Assembly: GCA_038230375.1 (NCBI GenBank)
Contig: JBBRNJ010000095.1
Span: 1 to 31,252 of the forward strand
Length of the DNA: 31,252 nt
Reading direction: 5' to 3'
Source: Polyangiales bacterium
GTDB lineage: Bacteria; Myxococcota_A; Polyangia; Polyangiales; Polyangiaceae
How positions within the stretch are numbered: the stretch's first letter is position 1; each line of letters opens with the position of its first letter. Under the pieces are notes generated by a model. It was given only the letters and a program-made list of their open reading frames with translations. It was not told the DNA's origin and did no database searches. Positions 1 to 8,504 of the stretch are shown here, piece by piece. The translations under genes were made by a program, and so were the position numbers.

Positions 1-1
1 C

Positions 2-766
2 CAGTACCTTGTTCGTTCCTACATCAACTTCCTGGCCGCAGGCGTGAAGGAAGCGCAGAAGGCGGAGCGCGCGCGGTTTGGCGTCGCGCTGCTGGTGGTC
101 GGTCTCATCCTGGGCGCCGCGCTCATCTATGCGAAGACCAGCCACGACGCGGCGGTCCAGGCACGGCACGACGCGGATGCACTCTCCGCCGCGCTCGCGG
201 ACGTGAAGACCCTGAAGCAGCAAGCAGACGAGAGCGCGGGCGAGGCCACGGCCACCGCCGCGCTGGTCCAGGACCTACGCGCAAAGATGGCGGCGGACCA
301 GGCGGCGTACGGCGGCAAGGTCGCTGCGGCCATGAAGAAGGTCGCGAACGCCACGAGCCTCGACAGCGCGAAGAGCGCGACAGCGGACCTCAAGGCGCCG
401 GCACCCGCGCAGAACCAGCTCGTCGCTGGCCTCACGGGTGGCCCATCGATCCCGAAGCCCACGGACAATGGCCCCTCGCCCACCGGCGGCGGCACGTTCG
501 ACCAAGGCGCGATCGAGCGCGTCGTCAACCAGCGCAAGGCGGGCGTGAAGCGCGTGTGCCTCGACCGAGGCTCGAGCACGGCGTCCACCACCAAGGTGTC
601 CGCGACGATCACCATTGCTCCGAACGGCACGGTGCAGAACGTGGCTGCCAACGGCGACGACCCCGCGGTGACGAGCTGTATCCAGCAGCAGCTGAAGACC
701 TGGACGTTTCCCCCGCCGGGTGAGACCTCGACGGTACAGATCCCGTTCGTGTTCGTGCGCCAGTAG
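2..766 (+). CDS. Partial (5'-truncated) membrane-anchored coiled-coil protein with AgmX/PglI-type (TonB-C-like) C-terminal domain
   Basis: Frame is open from position 2 (QYLVRSYINFLAAGVKE...). It has a TM segment (FGVALLVVGLILGAALIYA), an Ala-rich coiled coil, a Pro/Gly linker and a C-terminus 'AIERVV...VKRVC...ITIAPNGTV...CIQQQLKTWTFPPP...VQIPFVF' typical of myxobacterial AgmX/PglI C-terminal domains. Confidence 0.75.
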   Translation, partial: QYLVRSYINFLAAGVKEAQKAERARFGVALLVVGLILGAALIYAKTSHDAAVQARHDADALSAALADVKTLKQQADESAGEATATAALVQDLRAKMAADQAAYGGKVAAAMKKVANATSLDSAKSATADLKAPAPAQNQLVAGLTGGPSIPKPTDNGPSPTGGGTFDQGAIERVVNQRKAGVKRVCLDRGSSTASTTKVSATITIAPNGTVQNVAANGDDPAVTSCIQQQLKTWTFPPPGETSTVQIPFVFVRQ

Positions 767-800
767 GGCGGAAACAGTGCGGGCCTGGAGGCCGGTGGCG

Positions 801-1205
801 TCAGTCCTTCCACGCCTCCTTCACGGCGGCGGTGTCCTCGTAGTGGCGCAGGCTTGTGATGCGCCCGCCATCGTCGAACGACCACCACTGCACCTGCTCC
901 TCATCCACGCGCTTGCCATTCCGCTTCACGCGGTAGGCAACGCGCAGCTTCACGACGACGTCACGTCCTGCGACCACGAACGAGCGCGGCTCGAACGCCT
1001 CGAATTCCACGTTCTCCGCCATCGCACCGAAGAAGCGCGGCAGCGACGCCCTGGAATCGACGGGCGCGTGCCAGGGCACGTCGCTCTTCTCCACGCTGAA
1101 ATCCCAGCGTGTCGCGTCTGACACGCGGCTCGTGATGAACGAGACATCGCCGCGACCAAAGGCCGCGTACACATCCAGGACCGTCTGCTTGTTGGCTTCA
1201 CTCAT
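801..1205 (-). CDS. SnoaL-like / NTF2-family protein
   Basis: MSEANKQTVLDVYAAFGRGDV...W...G..ITSLRHYEDTA is a classic NTF2-like fold pattern. ATG at 1205 is preferred over the upstream ORF start. Confidence 0.85.
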   Translation of the reverse strand: MSEANKQTVLDVYAAFGRGDVSFITSRVSDATRWDFSVEKSDVPWHAPVDSRASLPRFFGAMAENVEFEAFEPRSFVVAGRDVVVKLRVAYRVKRNGKRVDEEQVQWWSFDDGGRITSLRHYEDTAAVKEAWKD

Positions 1206-1277
1206 GTTGAAGTACCTCCGACACATGAGATAGCTTGCGAACGGGGGTCGCGGCAGGGCGACAAAACGCAACCCGGT

Positions 1278-1294
1278 GGTGCCAGAAATGCAAC
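1278..1294. promoter_or_regulatory. Putative LysR binding box (T-N11-A within an imperfect dyad)
   Basis: GGTGCCAGAAATGCAAC: T1280-N11-A1292 with TGC/GCA arms, in the divergent intergenic region next to the LysR start codon. Confidence 0.5.
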
Positions 1295-1297
1295 GCG

Positions 1298-2176
1298 ATG
1301 GACTGGGATGACCTTCGCTACGTACTCGCCGTATCGAATGCGGGCTCGCTGGCGGAAGCAGCGAAGCGACTCGCGGTCGACAAGGCCACGGTGAGCCGGC
1401 GTGTCGGCGCGCTGGAGACCACGCTGGACGTGCGCCTGTTCGATCGCCTACCCGCTGGCTACCGTCTCACGCCACATGGCGAGCGTGTCGTCGCGGCGGT
1501 CGCAGACATCGATCGCGTGGTGGCCTCGCTCGAGGCGGACCTCTCGGAGGCACGTGGAGACTCCGGCGGCGTTGTGTACGTCACGGTGCCGCAGTTCTTC
1601 GCTTCGCAGGTCCTGTTCGGCTCGCTCGCCGCGTTCCGCGCCGCTCACCCGAAGATCGAGCTCGTGATCAACGCTTCTTCGTCGGTGCTGGACATCGCCC
1701 ATCGCGAGGCGGAGGTCGGGCTGCGCAACGTGAGGCCGGACCAGCGCAGCGTCACCGTGCGGCGGCTTGGCTTCCTTGGGTCCGCGATGTACGCGTCGCG
1801 CGCGTACCTGTCGGCGCATGGTCGGCCACGTACGTCGCAGGCCCTCGCGTTGCACGAGCTGGTGGGATGGGACCGCGCGTTCACGTTCGTGGAGCACTTC
1901 GCATGGGTCGGGGAGACCGGCGCGCAGATCGCGGTGCGCGTCAACGACGCAGCGGTTCTCGCCGATGCGGTCGCGGCGGGCGCGGGCATCGGCGTGCTCC
2001 CGTGCATCCTGGGCGATGAGCGCAAAGGGCTGGTGGCCCTCTCGGAGTTCGGCCGCTCACGCGACGCGATCCACGCCGTCGCGCCAGGAGAGCTTCGTCG
2101 TTCGGCCCGCGTGCGCGCGGTGCTCGATCTCCTAGATCAGGTCTGGAAAAAGAGCGCCAAGCGCCTGGAGGGCTAA
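1298..2176 (+). CDS. LysR-family transcriptional regulator
   Basis: MDWDDLRYVLAVSNAGSLAEAAKRLAVDKATVSRRVGALETTLDVRLFDR is a LysR HTH followed by a substrate-binding domain. It is divergent from the SnoaL gene. Confidence 0.95.
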   Translation: MDWDDLRYVLAVSNAGSLAEAAKRLAVDKATVSRRVGALETTLDVRLFDRLPAGYRLTPHGERVVAAVADIDRVVASLEADLSEARGDSGGVVYVTVPQFFASQVLFGSLAAFRAAHPKIELVINASSSVLDIAHREAEVGLRNVRPDQRSVTVRRLGFLGSAMYASRAYLSAHGRPRTSQALALHELVGWDRAFTFVEHFAWVGETGAQIAVRVNDAAVLADAVAAGAGIGVLPCILGDERKGLVALSEFGRSRDAIHAVAPGELRRSARVRAVLDLLDQVWKKSAKRLEG

Positions 2177-2179
2177 GGC

Positions 2180-2509
2180 ATGAAGGGGCCGGGCACGGAC
2201 AAGGACGATGACGTCGTGGTGGACCGCGAGCCAAAGCTCGGCAAGGCGCGGCGCTTCGCGGTGGTCTTCTGGAACGACGACTACACGACGAAGTGGTTCG
2301 TGGTCATGGTGCTGGAGCAGTTCTTCCACATGAGCGAGACGTCGGCGACGTCGTTCATGATGGCAGTTCACCGGCAGGGCAAGGGCGCGGCCGGCGTCTT
2401 CACGCGCGACATCGCGGAGACGAAGGCCGCGCTCATCATGGACATGGCAAAAGAGTTCGAAATGCCGCTGATGGTGACCGCCGAGCCGGATGAGCTCGGG
2501 GACGAGTGA
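2180..2509 (+). CDS. clpS: ATP-dependent Clp protease adaptor ClpS
   Basis: Motifs VVFWNDDYTT..FVV.VL..FF, MMAVHRQGKG..GVFTRDIAETK and PLMVTAEP. Confidence 0.93.
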   Translation: MKGPGTDKDDDVVVDREPKLGKARRFAVVFWNDDYTTKWFVVMVLEQFFHMSETSATSFMMAVHRQGKGAAGVFTRDIAETKAALIMDMAKEFEMPLMVTAEPDELGDE

Positions 2510-2615
2510 GCCGTCGTCGGCCATGCGCTGACGGGGTACTAGACGCGCCGACGGAAAAGGAAAATGCGGTCACACATGGGCCACTGGCTGCTAGTAACAA
2601 GGAAGGTGAACGAAC

Positions 2616-2795
2616 ATGTCCTATCTGCGAGCTAACTGGCGATACGTCTCTACGGCCCTTTTGGTGCTCACGGCGCTGACGGTCGGAGGCTACAAGGCCT
2701 ACGCGGCCGCGACTGAGGACTGCTGCGCTTCGGGTGCGCCCTGCTGCCATCCCGGCGCTCCGTGTTGCAACCACGGCAAGACCGCCGCGAACTGA
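2616..2795 (+). CDS. 59-aa exported Cys-rich peptide with three CC repeats (absent from the ORF track)
   Basis: Manual translation gives MSYLRANWRYVSTALLVLTALTVGGYKAYAAATEDCCASGAPCCHPGAPCCNHGKTAAN*. SD-like AAGGAAGGTG lies upstream. It has a basic N-region, a hydrophobic stretch and an A-Y-A cleavage-like site. The stop is 4 nt before the sigma GTG. Confidence 0.8.
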   Translation: MSYLRANWRYVSTALLVLTALTVGGYKAYAAATEDCCASGAPCCHPGAPCCNHGKTAAN

Positions 2796-2799
2796 CGCT

Positions 2800-3324
2800 G
2801 TGGACGAGGACGAGCTGGATCGCACGATGGACCGACTTGCCATCGGTGATCGCTCCGCGTTCGACCCGCTCTACCTGGCGCTTCATCCGCGCGCCGTGTC
2901 CATCGCGCGTCGCCGCCTCCGGGACGAAGCGCTGGCCCTGGACGCCGCGCAGGAGTCAATGATCAGGGTCTTCTCGCGCGCGTCGGAGTTCGCGCGTGGT
3001 GCGCACGTGCTCCCGTGGTTTTACGCCGTGTGTGCGAACGAGGTCCGCGCCATCGAACGACGACGCGGCGTGCTCGCCCCGAATGACGCAGCGCCCGAAG
3101 AGGCCTCCGGAGAGGCCAGCGCGGAGGACCAGTTGCAAAGCGCCGAGCTCCATCGGGCGCTCGAGCACGCACTTGCCTCGCTCGACCTGGAGTCGGCCGA
3201 AGCGATCTCCGCGCTCCTCGGAGAGAGCACGAAGCCAGAAATAGCCGGTGCCACGTTCCGGAAGCGCGTATCGCGTGCATACGCAAAGCTCCGCATTCTG
3301 CTCGGGAGGTACCATGCCGTCTGA
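2800..3324 (+). CDS. ECF-type RNA polymerase sigma factor
   Basis: GDRSAFDPLY, ALDAAQESMIRVF and LPWFYAVCANEVR form region 2; ATFRKRVSRAYAKLR is the region 4 recognition helix. The GTG start at 2800 is inferred. Confidence 0.88.
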   Translation: MDEDELDRTMDRLAIGDRSAFDPLYLALHPRAVSIARRRLRDEALALDAAQESMIRVFSRASEFARGAHVLPWFYAVCANEVRAIERRRGVLAPNDAAPEEASGEASAEDQLQSAELHRALEHALASLDLESAEAISALLGESTKPEIAGATFRKRVSRAYAKLRILLGRYHAV

Positions 3325-3901
3325 AGCCATCGATCTTCGAGCCGCTGTCCTTCGCGCTTACGAGCGGGGCCGCACACGCGTCTCGGCGACGCGCGCGGTG
3401 GTGGCGGTGGTGCTCGTCGGAGTCGTTGCCAGTTTGGTCGTTGGCCATGGTGCTGCGCCGTGGGCGCTCGTCGTGCTCCCGGTGGTGTTCTTCGCGGAGC
3501 GAACTGGGCAGGGACTGGCGCGCGGCGCGCGGCGCGGAATCCTGGTCGGTCTTGTGACCTTGCTGTTGCCGCTCTCGCTCCTTCGTCCGTGCTGCGCTCC
3601 AGAGCTGATGGAGCTTGCGGCGCGAACAGGTGACATGTCGTGCTGCACGGACTGGACGTGCTGTGCGCTGGTGGGGATGTTGCTGGGCGTGGTGTCTTCG
3701 TTCGCGCTGCCCCGCGTGTCGCGTGGGGCCGCGCCATCAACGCTGTCCGGGTTCACCGCCGGCGCCATGGCGGTGGCCGCCGTGCGATGCTCGTCGCTCT
3801 TCTGGGGAGAGACGCTCGGGCTCCTGGTCGGCCTCTTCGGCGCGCTGGTGCTCGCGAGTACGGCACGCGTGTGCTTCGGCCAGCCTGCCGCTGCGGCGTG
3901 A
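3314..3901 (+). CDS. Multi-TM membrane protein with three CC pairs; putative anti-sigma factor
   Basis: GGAGGT SD and an ATG overlapping the sigma 3' end; about 6 hydrophobic segments; loop LRPCC...MSCCTDWTCC plus later single Cys residues. Architecture resembles NrsF-type anti-sigmas. Confidence 0.7.
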   Translation: MPSEAIDLRAAVLRAYERGRTRVSATRAVVAVVLVGVVASLVVGHGAAPWALVVLPVVFFAERTGQGLARGARRGILVGLVTLLLPLSLLRPCCAPELMELAARTGDMSCCTDWTCCALVGMLLGVVSSFALPRVSRGAAPSTLSGFTAGAMAVAAVRCSSLFWGETLGLLVGLFGALVLASTARVCFGQPAAAA

Positions 3902-3908
3902 GCGACAA

Positions 3909-4727
3909 TCAGGCGCGCGCGGAGACGACGATCGCACTCATTGTCGTGCGGCACGGTGCCTCACCGAAGGTCTTCGCGAAGGTCGTGGTGATCTTGTCCA
4001 CCACGGCTTCGAGGGAGAGCGTGCCACGCTCGCCGATGGCGAGGGCGATCGGGTTTCCGCGGACCAGGCCGATGGCCCAGTCGCGCGCGCTCTTCGACTC
4101 GGCGTCCTTCACGACCACGTGAAGCGCGACGTCGGAGAAGCCCGCGCCGGCGACGGTATCGCGAATGATCTGCTGATCGCTCCAGCCGAACGGGACGTGC
4201 ATGAACTCCGGCGGGTTGGTCGGGAAGAGCGCGGTGATCTCCTCGTGAAAGAGCCTTGCGCCAGGGTTTGCAGCGAAGCTATCCCACACATTGAAGAGAA
4301 GCTGTCCGCCTGGCACCAGCACCCGTCGCATCTCACGAAACGCGAGCGCCTTGTCCGGAACGAACATCACGCCGAACTGACAGACGATCGCATCGAAGTG
4401 ATGGTCGGAAAATGGCAGGTTCTGCGCATCCGCCGCCTGCCACGTGACACGCGCGTCCGCGGTGGTCCCGGCCTTTGCGTGCGCCAGCATCGGCTCGTTC
4501 AGGTCGGTAGCAACGAGCACCGCATCCGCGGACAAGCGCCCGAGCAACCGCCGCGTGACGATCCCCGTGCCGCACGCGATCTCCAGCACCTTCATGGCGG
4601 GCGCGGGCGCGAGCCGCGCGCAGAGATCGGCTGCGTACGGCTCGAAGAAGACGGGGCCAAGGTGGCGGTCATACAGCTCGGGGATCGAGCCCACGAATTG
4701 AGCGTTCGAGGCAGAGGGCGAGGACAT
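3909..4727 (-). CDS. Class I SAM-dependent methyltransferase (UbiE-like)
   Basis: VLEIACGTG motif I, TDLNEPML, ADAQNLPF..FDAIVCQFGVMF and RRVLVPGG. Confidence 0.93.
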   Translation of the reverse strand: MSSPSASNAQFVGSIPELYDRHLGPVFFEPYAADLCARLAPAPAMKVLEIACGTGIVTRRLLGRLSADAVLVATDLNEPMLAHAKAGTTADARVTWQAADAQNLPFSDHHFDAIVCQFGVMFVPDKALAFREMRRVLVPGGQLLFNVWDSFAANPGARLFHEEITALFPTNPPEFMHVPFGWSDQQIIRDTVAGAGFSDVALHVVVKDAESKSARDWAIGLVRGNPIALAIGERGTLSLEAVVDKITTTFAKTFGEAPCRTTMSAIVVSARA

Positions 4728-4774
4728 GGGCCCATGCTATCGCAAGGCCCAGTGTCACGCGCTCCTCCAGAGCC

Positions 4775-5174
4775 TCAGGTCTCCCAGATGCTGCCATTCG
4801 CGAACGTGATGTCCGGCGCACCGACCACGCCGGCGCCCTTCATGACCTGCTTCAGATCGTCCGACGACGCGAACGCCTTCAGCGAGTCCATAGGCTCCGC
4901 CTGCAGATAGAGGACAACCACGTTGGGGTTCTGCACACTGCGGTTCACCGCGTGCCCGATCACGCCCGCGCGTGCGCGTGACTGCGCGTGACCATCGAAC
5001 GCCTTCTTCCAGGCCGCGTAGTCGCTCACCTCGTGGCGAACGATCACGCCCGGCAGCGCGGCGCGCCGACGCGTGGCCGTCGAACGCGCGCTTCCACGTC
5101 TCGAAATTCTCCACCGCGTGAGAGATGACAACGGCGGCGGTCGGGAGAGCGTTGGTCTGAGCCTGGGTCTGCAT
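4775..5174 (-). pseudogene. Two-domain dimeric alpha/beta-barrel (ABM/cyclase-like) gene broken by an internal out-of-frame deletion
   Basis: SD GAAAGGA plus ATG 5174 gives ...VVISHAVENFETWKRAFDGHASARRAAG. The homologous second domain (VIVRHEVSDYAAWKKAFDGHAQSRARAG...GAPDITF) is in another frame, with the junction at about 5050-5060. Confidence 0.7.
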
Positions 5175-5431
5175 GGTGGTTGGTCCTTTCGAATCGGTGA
5201 TTCGCTGTGTGGACCTAGTGGTAGCTGGCGCGAGCAGATCGCGGGAGACTGCGTCTTTGCATGGCCCCGTTGCGCGGATCGCACGGGTGACGCAGCGTGG
5301 CACTCTTGCACGCGGCCTCCGCGCAGGCAGGGTTGCGACGAATGCACGCCTGCAGCGTAAAGGGGTATCTCTTCGCCGGCGACATCCTCGACGGGCCCGA
5401 GGTCATCGCCGCGCTGAAGCAGCTCTGAGAG

Positions 5432-5932
5432 TCAGCGCGCTCTGGCGATGAACGCAGCGAGGGCGAGCAGCGGGAGGATCACGCTCGCGACGTATGGGAT
5501 ACGCGTCGCGCGGCCACGCGCCTCGAGGATGTGACCGACGCCGGCGAGGCCCGGGAACATCGTGATCGCCAGGTACATTCCGTGCTCCGCCCGGTCGGAC
5601 GGCGAGCCCGACGTCAGGATCGTTCCGATGTTGACAGCGATGCCAGCTAGGCCCGCCGCCAGGCCGAGGAGGCCGGGGATCAGCATCCAGCGCGCGGTCG
5701 TCGCTTTGCGCAGCAGCGAGACGCCGGCCACGAGCGCCCACGCGAAGCCGACCACGCTGATGAGCACGATATCCGGATGGGAGATCGGGTGACTGTGCTC
5801 CGACGCCATTCTCATCTCGGCGACCGCAGGCGCTCCCGCCGGGACCGACAGCAGCAAGAGCATGATCCCCGCGACGTTTGACAGCGTCGTTCTCTGACGC
5901 GGCGTCGCGGTGGCGGCGGTTGTCATTGGCAC
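5432..5932 (-). CDS. Hypothetical membrane protein (about 4-5 TM)
   Basis: Alternating hydrophobic segments; fills the gap between neighbours. Start is 5932 or 5926. Confidence 0.65.
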   Translation of the reverse strand: MPMTTAATATPRQRTTLSNVAGIMLLLLSVPAGAPAVAEMRMASEHSHPISHPDIVLISVVGFAWALVAGVSLLRKATTARWMLIPGLLGLAAGLAGIAVNIGTILTSGSPSDRAEHGMYLAITMFPGLAGVGHILEARGRATRIPYVASVILPLLALAAFIARAR

Positions 5933-6033
5933 AGGCTACCCGACCCGCAACCACAGGTCGCCGTCGCAATCGCGCTTCTTGCCGAGGCGCCCCGCCGCCG
6001 CTCGAAAGCACGACCATCTGCTAGCCTTTGTCG

Positions 6034-7272
6034 ATGGGGCGCACGACGGCACTCGGCTTGGCGTTCGCCATCAGCGCGCTCGCGTTCTACGTCGCCTGCG
6101 GGAGCGACGGAGGAACTGACGGCAACACGCTGACTGGCGACAGCGGAGCGCCGCATGAAGACGGCAGCGTCAATGCCTCCGCGGACGCTGGTGGCACTGA
6201 CGGCAGTGACCCACGGTGCGGCACGCAGGCCGTGTTGCTCGGCACGCACCCTCACGCCATCCAGCAACCGTCGGATCTGGGCAAGATCATCTCCGACGTG
6301 CGCGGATTCCACGGGAGCGTGTACCTGGCGTACGGCGACCTTGAGTTGAACACGGGTCCCATCTTCATCACCACGTTCGAGCCGAAGACGAAGACGTGGA
6401 CCGAGCATCCCGTCGCGTACCGTCAGGCGGATGGCGGACCGAACACCACGCCAGCATTCTACACGCACGACATCGAGCGCTTCGTGGTCGCGGGCGACGC
6501 GATCTGGGCGCCCGCTGCGCAGCCGGACTACAACCTACCCTTCAACGCCAACAGCGCACCCGAGTATGCAGTCGGCACCGCGAACCACGACTGGTCGCAA
6601 GTAGACATCTCGCCGACCGGGATCCACGTCATCGATACGATCGAGCGCGCGACGGGCGACATCTACATGACGGGCAGCGCGTTCATCCAGACCGACGCCG
6701 GCGACCCCATCAACGGGCGCGCGGGCGGCCACATCTGGCGCTCGCAGGACGGCGGCCCGTTCAACATGATCTTCCCCGACCTCAGCCGTCCAGCATCGAG
6801 CGCGCTGGTGGATCTCAGCGGCGCGTTCATCTACGGCGCGGCGCTGAACGGCACTGCCTACTTCGACAGCAACGGATACATCTACAAGTTCGACGGCACC
6901 AGCTGGGACAGCTGGGAGAACTTCGGCGAGTTCGTGACTCCCGCCCCGTTCGCTGGGCACCTGGTCTTCTCCGACCTGGGCCAGTTCTTCGCGTTCGACG
7001 GGACGAAGCGGATCAACCTGAATTTCCGCCTCTTCGACGGACTGGGTCGCCGTCAGGGCGCGCTCGACCCACCGGCCATGTTCCAGGTGACGGAGGGGCG
7101 CGTGCTCGCGGTGAACCACGAAGGCAACGTGATGATGACGACCGATCTCACGAGCTGGTCCTGCATCGGCAAGGTGCCTCCGGACGCAACCTCCGTTGGC
7201 TCGCTCGATGGCATCGTCTACTTCGGCTCCGTTCACAGCCAGATCTACGGCTTCCCGAGCGCATCATGGTGA
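6034..7272 (+). CDS. Lipoprotein, probable beta-propeller; paralog 1 of a tandem pair
   Basis: Signal peptide ending FYVAC-GS, acidic Gly/Asp linker, beta-rich body with IWRSQDGG (BNR/Asp-box-like). Confidence 0.85.
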   Translation: MGRTTALGLAFAISALAFYVACGSDGGTDGNTLTGDSGAPHEDGSVNASADAGGTDGSDPRCGTQAVLLGTHPHAIQQPSDLGKIISDVRGFHGSVYLAYGDLELNTGPIFITTFEPKTKTWTEHPVAYRQADGGPNTTPAFYTHDIERFVVAGDAIWAPAAQPDYNLPFNANSAPEYAVGTANHDWSQVDISPTGIHVIDTIERATGDIYMTGSAFIQTDAGDPINGRAGGHIWRSQDGGPFNMIFPDLSRPASSALVDLSGAFIYGAALNGTAYFDSNGYIYKFDGTSWDSWENFGEFVTPAPFAGHLVFSDLGQFFAFDGTKRINLNFRLFDGLGRRQGALDPPAMFQVTEGRVLAVNHEGNVMMTTDLTSWSCIGKVPPDATSVGSLDGIVYFGSVHSQIYGFPSASW

Positions 7273-7280
7273 GCCCGCAC

Positions 7281-8504
7281 ATGACACGCACGACAGCAGC
7301 AGGTTGCCTCGCCATGAGCGCGGTCGCGTTCTATGTCGCCTGCGGCAGTGATGGGGACAACGCTGGTGGCTCGGGCGACGCCGGAGCCGGCTCCGATGGC
7401 AGTGGCAACGTCGGGGCCGACGCCGCGACGGACGCCGGCGATCCACGCTGCGGCACGCAGGCCGTGCTCCTTGGCACACACCCTCACGCCAGCCAGCAGA
7501 CGACGACGCTGGGCAAGAACATCTCCGACGTGCGCGGATTCCACGGAACACTGTACTTCGCGTATGGCGATCTCGAGGTCAACACGGGGCCCATCTACAT
7601 CACCACCTTCGATCCCAAGACCAAGGCATGGACCGAGCACACCGTCGCGTACCACGAAGGCGACGGGGGCGTGAGCAACAACCCGGCGTTCGCGACGCAC
7701 GACATCGAGCGGTTCAATGTGATTGGCGATCAGCTGTGGGCAACGGCGGCTCAGCCGGATTATCGAGCCCCCTACAACGCAAGCAGCGCGCCGGAGTACG
7801 CCTTCGGAACTGCGAATCACGACTGGACGCAGGTTGACATGTCGCCGACGGGCCTCCACATCATCAGCGCGATCGAGCGAGCGCCGAACGACATCTATCT
7901 CACCGGAAGCGCGCAGATGGTGACGGACGCATCCGCGCTCGCCAACGGACGCTACGGCGGCTTCATCTGGCGCTCGCAGGACGGCGGCCCGTGGACCCAG
8001 TTCTATCCAGACTTCAGCTATCCCGGCGGCGGGGAGTTCTTCGACGTCGAGGGCTATCCGGCATTCGGCGGCGCGCTCAACGGGACCGCTTACTTCGATA
8101 CCGCGAACTTCATCTACAAGTGGGACGGGAAGATGCTCGGGTTCCAGGAGGAGTTCGGCGAGTTCCTCGTGCCCACGCCGTTCGCAGGCAACCTGCTCTT
8201 CGCCGACCTCGGGCAGCTCTATGCGTTCGACGGCGCGAAGCGCGTGAACCTGAATTTTCGCTTCTTCGAATCACAAGGGCGCTACCAGGGCCTGAAGGAG
8301 CCGCTCGCCCTCTTCCAGGCGACGGAGGGCCGGCTGCTCGCGGTGAAGTACCCTGGCGACGTGATGATGACGACGGACCTCATGAAGTGGAGCTGCATCG
8401 GCAAGGTCCCGGCGGACGCCACGTCCATCGGCTCGCTCGATGGCGTGGTGTACTTTGGTTCGGCGAACGCCCAGGTATACGGGTTCCCGACCGCGTCCTT
8501 TTGA
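7281..8504 (+). CDS. Lipoprotein, probable beta-propeller; paralog 2 of a tandem pair
   Basis: MTRTTAAGCLAMSAVAFYVAC-GS; colinear with paralog 1 over its full length. The true start is about 7281 (or 7266), not 6396. Confidence 0.85.
   Translation: MTRTTAAGCLAMSAVAFYVACGSDGDNAGGSGDAGAGSDGSGNVGADAATDAGDPRCGTQAVLLGTHPHASQQTTTLGKNISDVRGFHGTLYFAYGDLEVNTGPIYITTFDPKTKAWTEHTVAYHEGDGGVSNNPAFATHDIERFNVIGDQLWATAAQPDYRAPYNASSAPEYAFGTANHDWTQVDMSPTGLHIISAIERAPNDIYLTGSAQMVTDASALANGRYGGFIWRSQDGGPWTQFYPDFSYPGGGEFFDVEGYPAFGGALNGTAYFDTANFIYKWDGKMLGFQEEFGEFLVPTPFAGNLLFADLGQLYAFDGAKRVNLNFRFFESQGRYQGLKEPLALFQATEGRLLAVKYPGDVMMTTDLMKWSCIGKVPADATSIGSLDGVVYFGSANAQVYGFPTASF

Noticed and set aside
5298..5311. TGGCACTCTTGCAC as a sigma54 promoter
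   Set aside because: The GG-to-GC spacing is too short (not N10).
6396..8504. 702-aa ORF in the track
   Set aside because: Its first ~295 aa are an off-frame shadow of paralog 1. The real gene starts near 7281 with its own lipoprotein signal.
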